A stretch of DNA of 61,766 nucleotides, counting the filler, from Catajapyx aquilonaris (taxonomy: Eukaryota), in the NCBI GenBank assembly GCA_000934665.2. It is 2 parts of 2 records of this genome, joined end to end, with 100 filler letters (N's around TTAATTAATTAA, not from the genome) between each part and the next. Parts side by side here need not be neighbours in the genome. Positions count along the whole stretch, not along the records: positions 1 to 30,820 come from JYFJ02004621.1; 1 more part is not named here. One strand, 5' to 3'. How positions within the stretch are numbered: the stretch's first letter is position 1; each line of letters begins with the position of its first letter. The translations under genes were made by a program, and so were the position numbers. Positions 1-12,800 of this stretch are shown here, one piece after another. The notes beneath the pieces were generated by a model, which saw only the letters and a program-made list of their open reading frames with translations, did not search any database and was not told the origin of the DNA.

Positions 1-371
1 GTCGGCCTGACCGTGCCATGTCCGACGTGCCTTGTCGACCACTGTGGAAATGGCGTACCCAGTCTTTCACTGTCGAGTACGCCATGCAAGTGTCTCCATA
101 CACAGCCCTCATGCGTGTATGAATCTCCTTCGGTCCCGCTCCCTCTGCACACAGGAACTGAATTACTGCCCGTTCGTCCGCCTTGGACGCGCCTGATATG
201 GTGAACGACATTTTTAGACTGTGTACCGCAGCTATTACGCAGCACACCGAGTTCACTCTTGGCCAGATTGGTGACTGCTAATGTACCTCACAGCCAACCA
301 CAGCAGCACCTGTCTCCGTGTCACGTGCCGGTCTCCCGCGGCCGGGCCGGGAACTTATTGACTATACCTTA
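1..371 (-). mobile_element. Mariner transposon 5' end with transposase N-terminus (ATG 211, runs off the window)
   Basis: Minus frame MSFTISGASKADERAVIQFLCAEGAGPKEIHTRMRAVYGDTCMAYSTVKDWVRHFHSGRQGTSDMARSGR (mariner HTH, ending at the GRP motif); TIR-like TA-TAAGGTATAGTCAATAAGTTCCCGG at about 349-373. Confidence 0.8.
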
Positions 372-1132
372 TACAACTCCAGTCGTATCATACATGGAAA
401 ATGTTTCAACATGTCCTGCCTCAGCTAGGCCCTTGACCCTTTCTATACATGTTTTCACTTCCAAGAATGACCCCTACTTGAACGAACCCCCCATCGTTCT
501 TAGGAAAGGGGTACACTACCATAATTATGGGATCAATTTACTGCTCCATTACTGGGAAAGGACGGAAACTATCAACTGGATTTCCTCTTATCTCATTCTT
601 CCCATATTTTGGTTCTACCCTGAAGCTTCTCTGAGGTCTCAGATAGTCGCTTGTTTTCCAAATGATCGGTTCTTGGGTGGTGTGAGTCGAAAGGGTAGTT
701 TGGGCGAGTTTGGGGCACCCGTGAAGAGGAGGAGGAAAGTGGAGGCAGAGGACAGGATCAAAAACAATAATTACCAAAGCTATCTGTCACAAAACCATTT
801 GGAAGCCTGCTTGTAAATTGTCACAACTTCGTACAGACCAGATTTCACGAAGTTGGTTGCGGATGAAAAGTGCAACTTTTCTCACTGAAGTGTTCTGCGA
901 AGTAGAGGAGTTTTTTGTTTTTGTTGTTGTTGTTTNGAGAGGGAGAGAGAGGGGGGGGGGGAGAGAGAGACCTTCATTGGCCTCGGAAAGGTAAATCCTG
1001 CATATACTAGTTGAATAACCCTGCTTTATACACTTCTCAGCATTTCAAACCTTGCATCATTAAGATATGTCTACCAGTTTTCGAGTTTTCAAGTTGGGAC
1101 ATTCTTTTTCGATGACCCTGTATAATTAAATT

Positions 1133-1436
1133 GGGTTAAGTGCACCGCCCTATGATGAACATCTGGCACGGTACCGCTATTTTTGCTTAGGTTGTACAAG
1201 CTGATACAAGTTGGTCCTTTTGCTGTAACGCCTGGGTACCACGAGCGAGGGGGAGATGAATGGGAGGGGATGTGCAATGTGCAGTGCAATGTCGTTGCTT
1301 GGTCATTTTGTGAACTCCCCCAGGTGGTTAGTCTCAAGGAATCCCACCCTAGACGAACCCAGAGACGATCCAACTCAGAACGAGATGAAGGGGGGAATGC
1401 CCGGGCTTGGTAACCGCAGCGACACTCCGCCTCCCC
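1133..1436 (-). mobile_element. tRNA-derived SINE, family A, with internally deleted head
   Basis: Clearly similar to the copies at 42190, 44891 and 56918 (GGGGAGGCGGAGTG..., GGAGTTCACAAAATG, GACATTGCAC, GGGCGGTGCACT tail). Confidence 0.75.
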
Positions 1437-1510
1437 TATGTGATGGTGACTGTAATGGCCAAAAAATTCCTGGGTGTAGATTCCTTAACAAGTACTATCT
1501 ATATTGTTTT

Positions 1511-3928
1511 TGGTGGTTCCATTTCAAATCAGGCAGAGGCTGTCAGGGCTTGGTCTCCGATTATTATGGATAAATTACACGAAGTGCCGCTGTCGAAATG
1601 ATGAAGAATGACACCGGCTATTTTTCAGTGTCATTTTTTATTTGGCCTGGAAAAAATCATGAAATCATGAAAATCTGATATTAATACCATGAATGAATCA
1701 TGAAAATCTGATATTTCTCGAAGTTCATTTTTTCTCAACTTTGGACGCGTGTACCAATTTTTATATACGTTACACAAAAACCAAATTTGGAATGGAGCAA
1801 CTGCCTACGTAGGTCTGAATTTTCGATATAAAATAATTGCGAATGTATAATTAGCAACCGCGGAAAAAATTGGCAAAAATGCTGTTTTACGACATTTTCG
1901 CAAAAGATTGTCTTTGCAAAAAAAAAATTGTGGGCAAATTAAACATATAGACTTCCAGTACAACTCATACCCTCTCTACTTATCAGCTTTGTTAAGCTTT
2001 GAAGTCAAAGGTTAACAGTGGAGCCATTGTTGAACATTGTTAACTTCGAAAAACATGGTTTGGAAGAAAATAATTTTCTCAAAATAGCCACCGGATAATT
2101 GAACACCGTTCTGGGCAGAGGAACATCTGAGCCATACACCAGTGCGAAAATTTCTCTCCTCCCGAGGTTTATGATCCCGATTTGAATTTTATTACTTACT
2201 CGTTTCCGGCGCTCTCCATGGAGCCCATGGACCCAGTCCCACGACTCATAGCATCGACGGTACATTTGGTTTGAACTTCTCTCGTACATGTAGGCTACAT
2301 GTGATTGTACAATACCTTGAAAACCGAAGCAGGTTGGCATAGTGGATAAGGCGTCCGACTGCTAATCGGGAGGTCCTGGGTTCGAATCCCGGGGCCGGCA
2401 ACTCTGACCGTGGTTTTCTGTGGTTTCCCACGGTCCTTCCAGGAAAATTCCAGAGTTGTTTCCGTAATTTACAGGCCACAGCCGCTTCCTTCCGTCCCTA
2501 TCCCATCCCAAAAAGTGCACTAAAATGAAAGCAAAGAGTTCCAGGCAAAAGAAAACTTCCCCCCTAAAGAGCCGAAAAAGGCTGATAACGGGGTATGAAT
2601 TATTATTATTAATACCTTGAAACTTATATCTGATACTGGTTAATGCTATGTGAGGTCGGTGAGGTCAAATCAGGCATAGAGGTATTGCAAAGTCTTACTC
2701 ACATTTTTCCAGAAGTCACACCAAATGTTGCGCTGTTCTTTGCACAGTAACCTGGCCACGGTTCACGTTCCAGTAATGGTTGGACTGTTTACCAAGAAAC
2801 GGTTTCACTGTCTGCCATAGTTTCTCCCTAGTTTCACGAAATTGTGTGATTTCTTCGCTTGGCAAGTGCAGCAGGGTCACATTAGGGATGGAGGATCGCA
2901 GCACCTCAGTCAACTATCCAGAAGTTTTTATGGCCTCTGTTGCACTGTGCCGCAAGTTGTAAGCTGTCGCAATATGCTTCACTAGCCCTCCTACTCCATC
3001 GCAGGGTCCTTTACCATGCCCGGCAGGTGTGAAGACCCATTCCCTCTCAGGAATATCACTTTGATCAAGTTCATATTTTTGGTATAATTATGTTTTTAAA
3101 ATGACTGGGTGCACCATCGGACACATAGGAACTAATATTCTGCCCAATGATCGATTCTTCAATTTTCATTCTCGTTAGAATAGCATGAACCGAGTCATGA
3201 GTCTTGGCCATCTCGCCATGAGTCAGTGGGCTCCACGCGCTGGGAAACGAGTAAGTAATAACATTCAAATCAGGATCATAAACCTCGGGAGGAGAGAAAT
3301 TTTTGCACTGGTGTGTGGCTCAGATGTTCCTCTGCCCAGAAATAAATAGGTGTTCAATTATCTGGTGGCTATTTTGAGAAAATTATTTTCTTCCAAAACA
3401 TGTTTTGCGAAGTTAACAATGTTCAACAATGGCTCCACTGTTAACCTTTGACTTCAAAGCTTAACAAAGCTGATAAGTAGAGAGGATAGTGGAAGTCTAT
3501 ATGTTTAATTTGCCCACAAATATTTTTTGTGCAAAGAATTTTGTTTTGCGACAATTGCTAAAATGTAGTAAAACAACATTTTTGCCAATTTTTTCCACGG
3601 TTGCTAATTATACATTCGCAATTATTTTATATCGAAAATTCAGACCTACGTAGGCAGTTGCTCCATTCCAAATTTGGGTTTTGTGTAACGTACAGGAAAA
3701 TTGGTACCCGCGTCCAAAGTTGAGAAATAATGAACTTCGAGAAATAGCAGATTTGGTACCCTTGTGGTTATGATTTTTTCCAGGGCAAATAAAATATGAC
3801 AAGGAAAAATAGCCCGTGTCATTCTGCATCATTTCGACAGCAGTACTTCGTGTAATTTATTCGTAATAATCGGAGACCAAGCCCTGACACCTTTTCTGGA
3901 TCTGGCCTGATCTGAAATGGAATTGCCC
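1511..3928 (-). mobile_element. Sola2-like DNA transposon deletion derivative with about 700-bp TIRs
   Basis: Arms 1511-~2230 and ~3225-3928 are inverted copies; terminus GGGCAATTCCAT; TTTT on both flanks; broken minus-strand transposase with SDGAPSHFKN...WVFTPAGHGKGPCDGVGGLVK (~2716-3140). Confidence 0.7.
2323..2610 (+). mobile_element. tRNA-derived SINE, family D
   Basis: A box (TGGCATAGTGG) and B box (GGTTCGAATCC), (TTA)n tail, 12-bp TSD AATACCTTGAAA at 2311-2322 and 2611-2622. Confidence 0.88.
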
Positions 3929-4458
3929 TTTTTAACTTGGTAACACCCTGCATCACAAGCTAGTCCAAATAAGCTGTTCACAAAAGAGAATGCTATCACT
4001 GCAACGTCTCAATCATGCATTGGCACTTAATTAAATTTATTGGTTATGTAGATGCAAGAGCAGCAAAGACCACATGGTTTTAAAACATACGCAACACCTT
4101 GAGAAAGTGAAATGGGAAAAATCTGGAATCCTCAACATGGACAAAATGGCAGGTATGGTTCATCACTGTTACTAAGCAGCATCCATGCGAAAACTGAATA
4201 TTTGCATCCTTTCTAAACAGTGGGACAGACAAAAAGGCAAGGAAAGCAAGAGGATTTACAAGCTGCACAAGAAGATATTTCTGCTGGAGAGGCTTCATCT
4301 GCAGAGATGTGTATCATATATGATGAAAGCCTAAATTAAAGTATGGTAAATGTAAAAATAGGAATAACTCCTTGTCCGTAACTCAGTGGACTAAGGATTT
4401 ATTCCTATTTTACATCCTATTTCTACATGCCCCATGAGTCTTGATTATCAAGATATTC

Positions 4459-4854
4459 TTCTTCTTCTTCTTCTTCTTTTTTTTTTTGTTGTTGTTGTTG
4501 TTGTTGTTTTTTACGTTACCCTGTGATAAGGCTGAGCCTTTTTAGGGGGGTGGAATACCACCATTTCACTCCATTTTCCTATATTAACTTCATTCACTGG
4601 TGCAAGGAGTCAAGGATGTAGGGTAGGTATAGGGATTTTTGGGGAGGGAACATAGGTGCAAGTGCAAGTTCTGTGCTCATGTTCATGTGTCACAGTTCAT
4701 GTGCTGTTCCCCAGGAGGTTAGGTTGCCACACCTCCTTGGTGCCAGAGACCCTCCTGACGCAGGTGAAAGGAAAGTTCCCCAGGCGGGGATCGAACCTGG
4801 GGCCTTTCACTCAGCAAGCCGAGACGTTACCATCTCGGCCATCTACACCTCCCC
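4459..4854 (-). mobile_element. tRNA-derived SINE, family B
   Basis: B box GGTTCGATCCC, A-rich/microsatellite tail, 15-bp TSD ATTATCAAGATATTC at 4444-4458 and 4855-4869; similar copies at 42580 and 53206. Confidence 0.88.
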
Positions 4855-4934
4855 ATTATCAAGATATTCATCACCCCCATTATACAGTATTGCATGTTAT
4901 CTATAGTGAAACTGGACAGCTGACTGGCACAATT

Positions 4935-6111
4935 GAATGGCCCTCTGGAACAAAAGCCCAAGTCCAGTCCAAGAAATGGGTGGGCATGAAGGAAATATTT
5001 TTTTCCTGGGCATGGCAATGAGCCCTAGGCATTTGACTTCGTGAAACAGGTCCGTAAAGGCCACCCGAATATATGGTGAGATTCCCGCATTGATACAACA
5101 ATCAGGGGAACCGTATTTTGCAATTTACTGATTTAGACTTGGGCTTTTGTTCCGTTGGGAATGATGGACTTGGGCTTCTGTTCCATAGGAACGTGGATTG
5201 CTGAAAACGAATTCTGTTCAGTGGCTGCTAATATTAAACACAGTTTGCGTGATGAAGCAACATTATGCCGTACCAATATTGCTTTCACAGGGTCAAATAT
5301 GCGTAGGCCTACTGTACATGCCTATATGGTACTCCCAAAGGACCATTCAACAACAGTTGATATTCTTTCTTGCTGCATACTCGTGTTGCACTGGTGGACA
5401 TGTCATTCCTATCTGGTCAGTCAGACACCAAGAGGTGTATACTGACCGAGGCCGTCTTCAGTTGAACTCGAGGATGCGACTCTACCTGACGTCAAAATGA
5501 CGCGTGCTGGGTGTTGATTGGCCTTGCCTGCTTGCCCAGCATACGTCATTTTGACGTCAGGCAGAGTCGCATCCTCGAGTTCAACTGAAGACGGCCTCAG
5601 CCAGTATACCCCTCTTGGTGTCTGACTGACCAGATAGGAATGACATGTCCACCAGTGCAACACGAGTATGCAGCAAGAAAGAATATCAACTGTTGTTGAA
5701 TGGTCCTTTGGGAGTACCATATAGGCATGTACAGTAGGCCTACGTATATTTGACCCTGTGAAAGCAATATTGGTACGGCATAATGTTGCTTCATCACGCA
5801 AACTGTGTTTAATATTAGCAGCCACTGAACAGAATTCGGTTTCAGCAATCCACGTTCCTATGGAACAAAAGCCCAAGTCCATCATTCCCAACGGAACAAA
5901 AGCCCAAGTCCAAATCAGTAAATTGCAAAATACGGTTCCCCTGATTGTTGTATCAATGCGGGAATCTCACCATATATTCGGGTGGCCTTTACGGACCTGT
6001 TTCACGAAGTCAAATGCCTAGGGCTCATTGCCATGCCCAGGAAAAAAATATTTCCTTCATGCCCACCCATTTCTTGGACTGGACTTGGGCTTTTGTTCAA
6101 GAGGGCCATTC
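4935..6111. mobile_element. Near-perfect 1.18-kb foldback (palindromic) non-autonomous DNA element
   Basis: Arms of about 575 bp are almost exact reverse complements, spacer about 20 nt (~5512-5533); AATT on both sides. Confidence 0.88.
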
Positions 6112-6369
6112 AATTCCTTAAACCAGGCAATGGCACTCTTCACAGTACGCGACAATGATTGTCAACAATATCAAGAATAAAAAAATAACAACAGCTGGTG
6201 ACGTGAGTACCAATCTCTGATTGAATAAACAATATCAGTTTACATTTTAGTTGGGCATAGTGTTCATATTGGTGACCTGCTCAGCCTCAGGTGCTTCATT
6301 CACTAAGAGACGAAACATGATTCATCGCAGAAAACATTATTGGGAGTAGGCTACCATTTTTTTGGGGGG

Positions 6370-6617
6370 GGGGGGGGGTGACCCCATGATGGAGCTCGTG
6401 GCCCTCTTAGGGGGAGAAGGGGAAGTTCCCAAGGGAGGGCGCCGTGCGATAGCCATTTCTGACATTCTTTAACACCAGGCCTTTTCTCCCGGCCCCGAGC
6501 AGAGAAGGGAGTGCAATTCTGCTCCGGCATGTCGGGTGAAAAGCGGAAAAAGACCCTGGCCAAGCAGAGGTGACGGGGACGGGATTTGAACCCCGGCCTC
6601 CCGCTTGGCTGGCCTTC
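6370..6617 (-). mobile_element. tRNA-derived SINE, family C (5'-truncated)
   Basis: Matches the copy at 21485-21755 (GGTTCAAATCCCGTCCCCGTCACCTCTGCTTGGCC...). Confidence 0.78.
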
Positions 6618-9600
6618 ACTAAACTCTTCACTAAATTAGCTGAATAATGATCATTAAGCACCATTTAAAACATTAGTACCAGTATTAAACAGTTCAGTAC
6701 CTAATGCCACAGAAGTGCTTACCTTCAATGCAATCACTCACTGACTCATAATCACACTAAGTTCTGTTGTGAGCAGTGCTGGCCTGGACAAGTAAGACTG
6801 ACCATTTTGAAATTGATGGTCGCTGCTCCTTTCGCCAATTTTGCGACACATTTTTTTCAGCTCACAGGTTTTCCTTGCTGCTGTTGCCTGGTGACGTCCA
6901 TAATAAGGTATATCTGGATGGTTCTTGCAGTTTTGTTACTTCATGCAATGCCCCTTACCATGGAACATGGCACATGCCCTTCTTGTCCAACCACATACAC
7001 AGACTTTCTTTTTTCAGAGCTCTTCCATATCACCTTGCATGCCTCTGGAGGAATGGGCTTACCACCTCCCGTGATTGTTATTTTCAGACACAGAGTGCAA
7101 TGAGTAATGGCATTGTGGCACAGGGCAAGAGACCTGCACTTTTTTTCCCATCTGGCACAACCGCATCAGTCTGTACTTAACTGTGGGCGAACTTTGTGGC
7201 TCGTTCAGCGCTCTGGGCGAACTCCATTGCCTCTGGCGCGCTAAATAAATACTGTCGTATTCTTTTCGTTCCACTGACAAATGCATTGATATCTCACCCC
7301 AACATTGCTCTTCCATGTGGCTCATTAGCATATAAGTTGTGTGATTAAAACTTGATTCATTCTCAAGTAATCCGTATTTGTAACATCGACATGCAGGTGA
7401 TTTTCAAGCTAGGCAAACTTCATTGGTGTTGGACAAGTAGTAATATTGTACTTGTACTAACTGCCATTATGAAAAGTAGCTTCGGCAGGTCAAATCCGGA
7501 AGAAAAATTTAAGGAGTAAATCTGGGCAAGAAGTCACATTATGCGTATATGCCATTGTCCCCTGCAAACGTCAATAAACACATGATACAACCATCTACAA
7601 GGAAAAGAATCGCGATAAAAACGTACACACCGTTCCTTACAGCCAAAATTCCCACTGCATAAGTTTTGTGGCTGTTTTTAGTTTTAAAGTGGTATTGAAT
7701 TTCATTGCATGACGCTTTATGGTCTATTTGAGGTTCACACACGCTTAAAAACAAAATTATTGTGGCATAATGGCCCTGACCTGGCGAAGCAATTTAGTAT
7801 GTAGTTTTAGTCTTTCCACAGAGAGGTTGCTGCCTTCTGCATATAATCTCCATAATGGAGAGATTACAATTACATGTCACATAAATACATTGTAATCCCC
7901 TTGTGTGCCGGGACCAAACTATATATCCTTATTGAGCAAGTTTCTCTTGGATCCATAATCTATTATCAACAAGCCTCATTGCATGTGGCATTTTGTAGCT
8001 ATATCTCAATGTGCTAACAATATGGCAATAAGATTGTACAAGAATCTATGAAACATAAGAGGCAACACTTCAGTCCTTAAAAATGATATTAAGCACCTCT
8101 CATCTACACCTCCCATCCCTACGAAACCCGCTTGTTTTAATGAATACCTACTACTCCTGTCCTATTATTCAGATCACTTCAGGGCAAAGGCTTTTATAAT
8201 TTACCAAACCCTTTTATAATCCCACTTTTCTTTCGCTACAAATTAAACTTGCCCAGAGCTACAAAATGCAATTCATCACTATAAAGGCTCTCAGGTGTTC
8301 AAATGAAAAGTTGCGAACTGCAACTTCTCTTCTTCATGATATGACATTTTATCCATCCATTCAAGGCTCCGAAAAATAAGTGGAGTGCAATTTCCTAGAA
8401 TAACCCTGCATTTTCAAGGAGGTAACCTTCACCTCTAAAAGTGCAAACAATGCCAAGTCTCAACTGACATCGTCAGATTAGATAAGCATTTGTAGAATCA
8501 GGTGGACTTTGCCAGAGATAAGGCATCCTCTTGAGAATTTACGAAACACTTTATTCAGCTTTTTGAACTCCCACATTCCATTTCACAAACATTTTACAAT
8601 CACAAACAACTTTTTTTTCTTCTTCTCCACAACCCCATTGTTGCCCATATTTTTTTACTGTTTATTTTCTGAGTATAAAAATAGTGAGGCAACATTTTCT
8701 GGTCCTTTTCCCCGAAAAAAAAGAAATAAAAAAGTCACATCTCAACACTTAGGCACATGGGAGTTGTGGATTTTCCAACACTAAACATCATGTGTAACTC
8801 AGCTGGATTTCTTCTAATACATTTTAGCTCTTGCTTTCATACAGGGTCTAAAATGCCCATTTAGTTTGATAGTTGCTGAAAGTGAGTTATGCCACATTTT
8901 CAAAACAGCTAACAGAAAATCATCAGACATTGTCATAACCAGTACGATATCTACATCCTTCTTAAAAAGTCTTTTGGAGACTAAATGTAAAAATACTTGT
9001 AGTGTAACTCACTTTTTTTGCAATTTATCTCTTATGCCTATTTCCCTACGAAAATATTCCAGCACCAAATTTTTACAAATCCTACCCAAAGCAATTTGAA
9101 AAAAGGAAAAGGAATGACGCTCTACTAATCGAAAAACTATTTTTTCAAATTGCCCTTGAAAAGCAGATTGAGTAGTAGAAAATACACGACAGAATAACAT
9201 CAGATGGAACATTTCTGAGTTATCATGACCCCATAAATTCGATCGCAAAAGAGAAAGAAAAAAACAACAGCCGAGTTTAGTGACTGTCACGAGAAAAACA
9301 AAAAATTGTGACGTGGTTGATTGGTCAAGAAAATTAAGCAGATGTCAATTAGAAGTGACAGATAGGCCATTTCTCTTGCAGACTAGGGGAAAAGGAATGC
9401 CATATTTACAGTCACACAACGAAAAAATAATAATTTTACAGCCAAAATAATACATGACTGAAAAATTCATCTGAAGTTAACTATTGATACAAAAATAATA
9501 ATTAAATTTGTTATTAGCTTCCTAAATTTTGAAAGAGCACTCTCTGTTGTCAGTAGTTGAATTTCTCGACTTTGCCTATGTACAACTGGCAGAGAGGCAT

Positions 9601-9716
9601 GTGATTAACAACATAAACCAGCAATGTGGGCTATTTTTCAGCCATTTGAAGGTAGAAAATGTGTAAACATTCTGCGCTGGTTTTCCTTCACTCATGTGAT
9701 GTTATGCTTATGAATT

Positions 9717-9847
9717 TCATTCATCTTTTGGCTTCTCTTGTTCAGATTCATTCTTGGACTCAGTTTGGCTTGCATCATCCTCTTCATCTGAGTAGCTTGT
9801 TGGCTCTTCACCTGGCCTCAGGAGGCGACCCACAAAGTCGTACTTTT
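9717..9847 (-). CDS. PGRMC1: PGRMC/MSBP coding exon 3 (terminal)
   Basis: [24 protein letters not shown]...PKDE-TGA; TTTTTTAATAG acceptor. Confidence 0.92.
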
Positions 9848-12800
9848 CTATTAAAAAAACATTTCTTTTTTTTGCTTATGACACTTGGAAATTGCCATGC
9901 ACCAACAAAGCTGCCATTGCAAGAGGCCAAACAGGGGGAGGGCAGAAGTTCTTGCATTTACCTAACACGGCATGAACAAGCATCATGCGTGGGAAGGGAA
10001 CGAACAATTCAATAATTTCCCTTTCAAATAGCACTAACACATAAGTTGCCACGTCTAAAAACAACTTTCTTAATAACAAAGGCAAAGCACATTTCTGAAG
10101 CATGTGCCACCACCAGAAGCTTCAATATATCACTTGCTTCTACTGCTAGTGTCCCACCCTAAATAAATAAAATAATAATAATAAATAATAAAAAAAAACA
10201 GGACCAGCCCCCCAGTCACTCCCTATACCAATACGTTGCTACTCCCGTGAGTTTACCTCATCTCCTCCACCGCATCGAGGGGAATTGGCCGCAGTTGGCG
10301 CTCGAGTCAAGTGCCGACATGGTGGCGCCTTACCTGGCGGGGCAATTCTGAACCCTTTTTGGTCGACTCCGATTGGCTGAGTTTAAAAAGGCCTCCTGTG
10401 CTCTTTTTAACCAATATACTACCTCCAGCCAATCGGAGTCGACCCTAATGGTTCAGAATTTCCCCGCCAGGTACGGCGCCACCATCTCGACACTTGACTC
10501 TAGCGCCAACAGCAGCCAATCCCCTTGGTGGGGGAGATCAAGTAAGCTAACGCAAAAAGAGGGAGAGTGACGGGGGGCTGCCCTGGACAGTGAAAATTCA
10601 TTAGAATGACACTCTGCTTTGGGTGCAGTTTGAATCAGGCAAATCTTTCATGAATTGCGGAATACTAGTTATGTCATTCTAAGGGTCACCTGAATGTCTA
10701 CTCATGCCCTTACCATGCTAAGGGTGTGAATCTCATGGACTTGTCAGGGACTTCATGACTGCAAAATATTCGTAAAAAGTGACATCACACCAGCAAAAAG
10801 TGGTACAGGCATACTTCGCTTGATGTCATTCTACAAATATGGTGCTTTTGTTTTCAGTTATATTCCTTATTATTATCATTCACATTATTCTCAGCGCTTT
10901 CCTTGCTCTTGCTGTGCAATAAATACAGTGGTAGCATTTTAAAATTTACATATATACATTTACATCTCTTTTTTGGCCTAGAGCTATGGCACACTGAATA
11001 AGTGATAGTGTAAGCATAATGTTAAGGCTTTTACATGCACTAGCAAATGAAGAAAGCATGTGATTTGCTTTACAGCGACGTTCGCTAATTACAATTGTGT
11101 AGTCTGGGACTGAACGTGCATGTAATAGCTAGGTATGCCTGTATACGGACACCCCAAGCTTGTGAAATGACTACTGCACACCCACCCGTGACATGTAAAG
11201 CAGGCTTCCATTGGTATTTGTCCCTCCCCAGTGGCTTGAACTTGCTTGCTTTACTCTTCCATATGCTGCATCCCAGAATACCACTTGCATTAGTGCCTGG
11301 TGCATAAATGTTGCCATCTTGGAAAGGCTTGCTGGCCATTACTCCTGATTTACCAAGGTCCACGAGACTTCCCCCCTAAATGAACTAAATTGCACTCTTG
11401 CAACAGCCGCCACATTATATGCTCAAAAAAAAAGTCTGCTGCAAATATGAAAGGTTAATAAGAGAGTATGACTCACCGGTGAACTGCATCTCCCATTCCC
11501 GAACTGAATCCATCTGCATGGTATTGAGGTCGCTCAAATCATCGTACGTGTCTCTCACGGCATCTATGGAGAAGGTAGCAAGGCTACGGGAAGCATCTTT
11601 CCCACCAAATGCAGCATAAGGACCACCTTCCGGGGAGAAAAATAAGGCATCCACTATTTAATACCGTTAAGAATTTTCCAAGCCTGTTCATTAAATAATT
11701 CTCAATGAATCTATAAAATACAAGGGTATTGAAAAAACAGAGTTCATCCCAAGTAGCAACTTTTTGTCACTAAGCTGCATATTTTCGGCTAATGCAGGGT
11801 GATTCTTTCGAATCCGAACCCAAACATTCCTCAATAACTTTTTAATTATTGTATGGTTCTCAATGAAAATTTATATGCACTTACCTTGTATGATGCCAAC
11901 CAAGGTCTGCCTAGAGAAGATGCTGAAAATGGTCCCCTCCAGCATCCCAAATTTTTTGAATGCGAGTCTGCATATTGGCATGTATATATGCTAATGTGGC
12001 ATTATTATGGCAGAAAACTCCCGCTGTATTGGGGCTAGAAGGAGTCAATTGTTCTGGGCTTAACCCTGTATATGATGTGCGGCTCTTCAGTAAACCCCAC
12101 AAGAAGAAATCAGGTCTGGCTGAGCCCCTTCAACTGGCTTCAGCTCTCCGAAGCCACGCAGGTGCACCTGGCTGCCCCTCTCCCCTCTGCACGGCCTTGT
12201 GCACGCTAATATGCAGACTCGCATTCAAAAATTCCTGGATCCTGGAGGGGATCATTTCCAGGATATGCTTTAGGCAGACCTTGTTTGGCATCATACAAGG
12301 TACTTACATTCAATTTTCATTGAGAACCATACAATAATTAAAGTTACTGAGGAATGTTTGGGTTCGGATTAGAGATAATCACCCTGTACCACCCTTCGCT
12401 ACCATATAGGCCTGAACCACGTAGATTTTGGTTTAAGCGTACTCCAAAGATACGGACAATATATTTTACAAATATAATTTCAGCTATACTTATCACGTTC
12501 AGGGAAAACACTATGAATGTGTCTGGAACAATTTTGTCTTGAAATCCCTAAATTAATTTCCAAAAAAAAGGCTATAAAAACAGGAAATCTGAGTACTGCT
12601 GACCAACTGTAAGGCTGATTTAATTATGAAATGCGTGAAACTATGCGGAATAATAACCTTGAGAACCATGCCATACGAATTTGCTGAACTCATCGTACTT
12701 TGTGAGAAATAAATAAATTCTTATTTGCGGCTTTCTGGCACTTCGGAAAGTAGCAAATAAATTTGTGAGTTTGCCGAAGTACCAGAAAGCCACAAATAAG

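Noticed and set aside
2331..2400. tRNA-like sequence with A/B boxes and a GCT-centred loop
   Set aside because: No proper acceptor stem or Ser long variable arm; it continues into a SINE body, has a (TTA)n tail and a TSD.
5155..5891. Near-identical ORFs on opposite strands (MGMMDLGFCSIG...)
   Set aside because: They simply mirror the two arms of the palindrome; no recognisable protein motif.
6776..7331. ORFs of 90-134 aa downstream of PGRMC
   Set aside because: No known motif; neighbouring frames are interrupted; likely a decayed repeat or chance ORFs.
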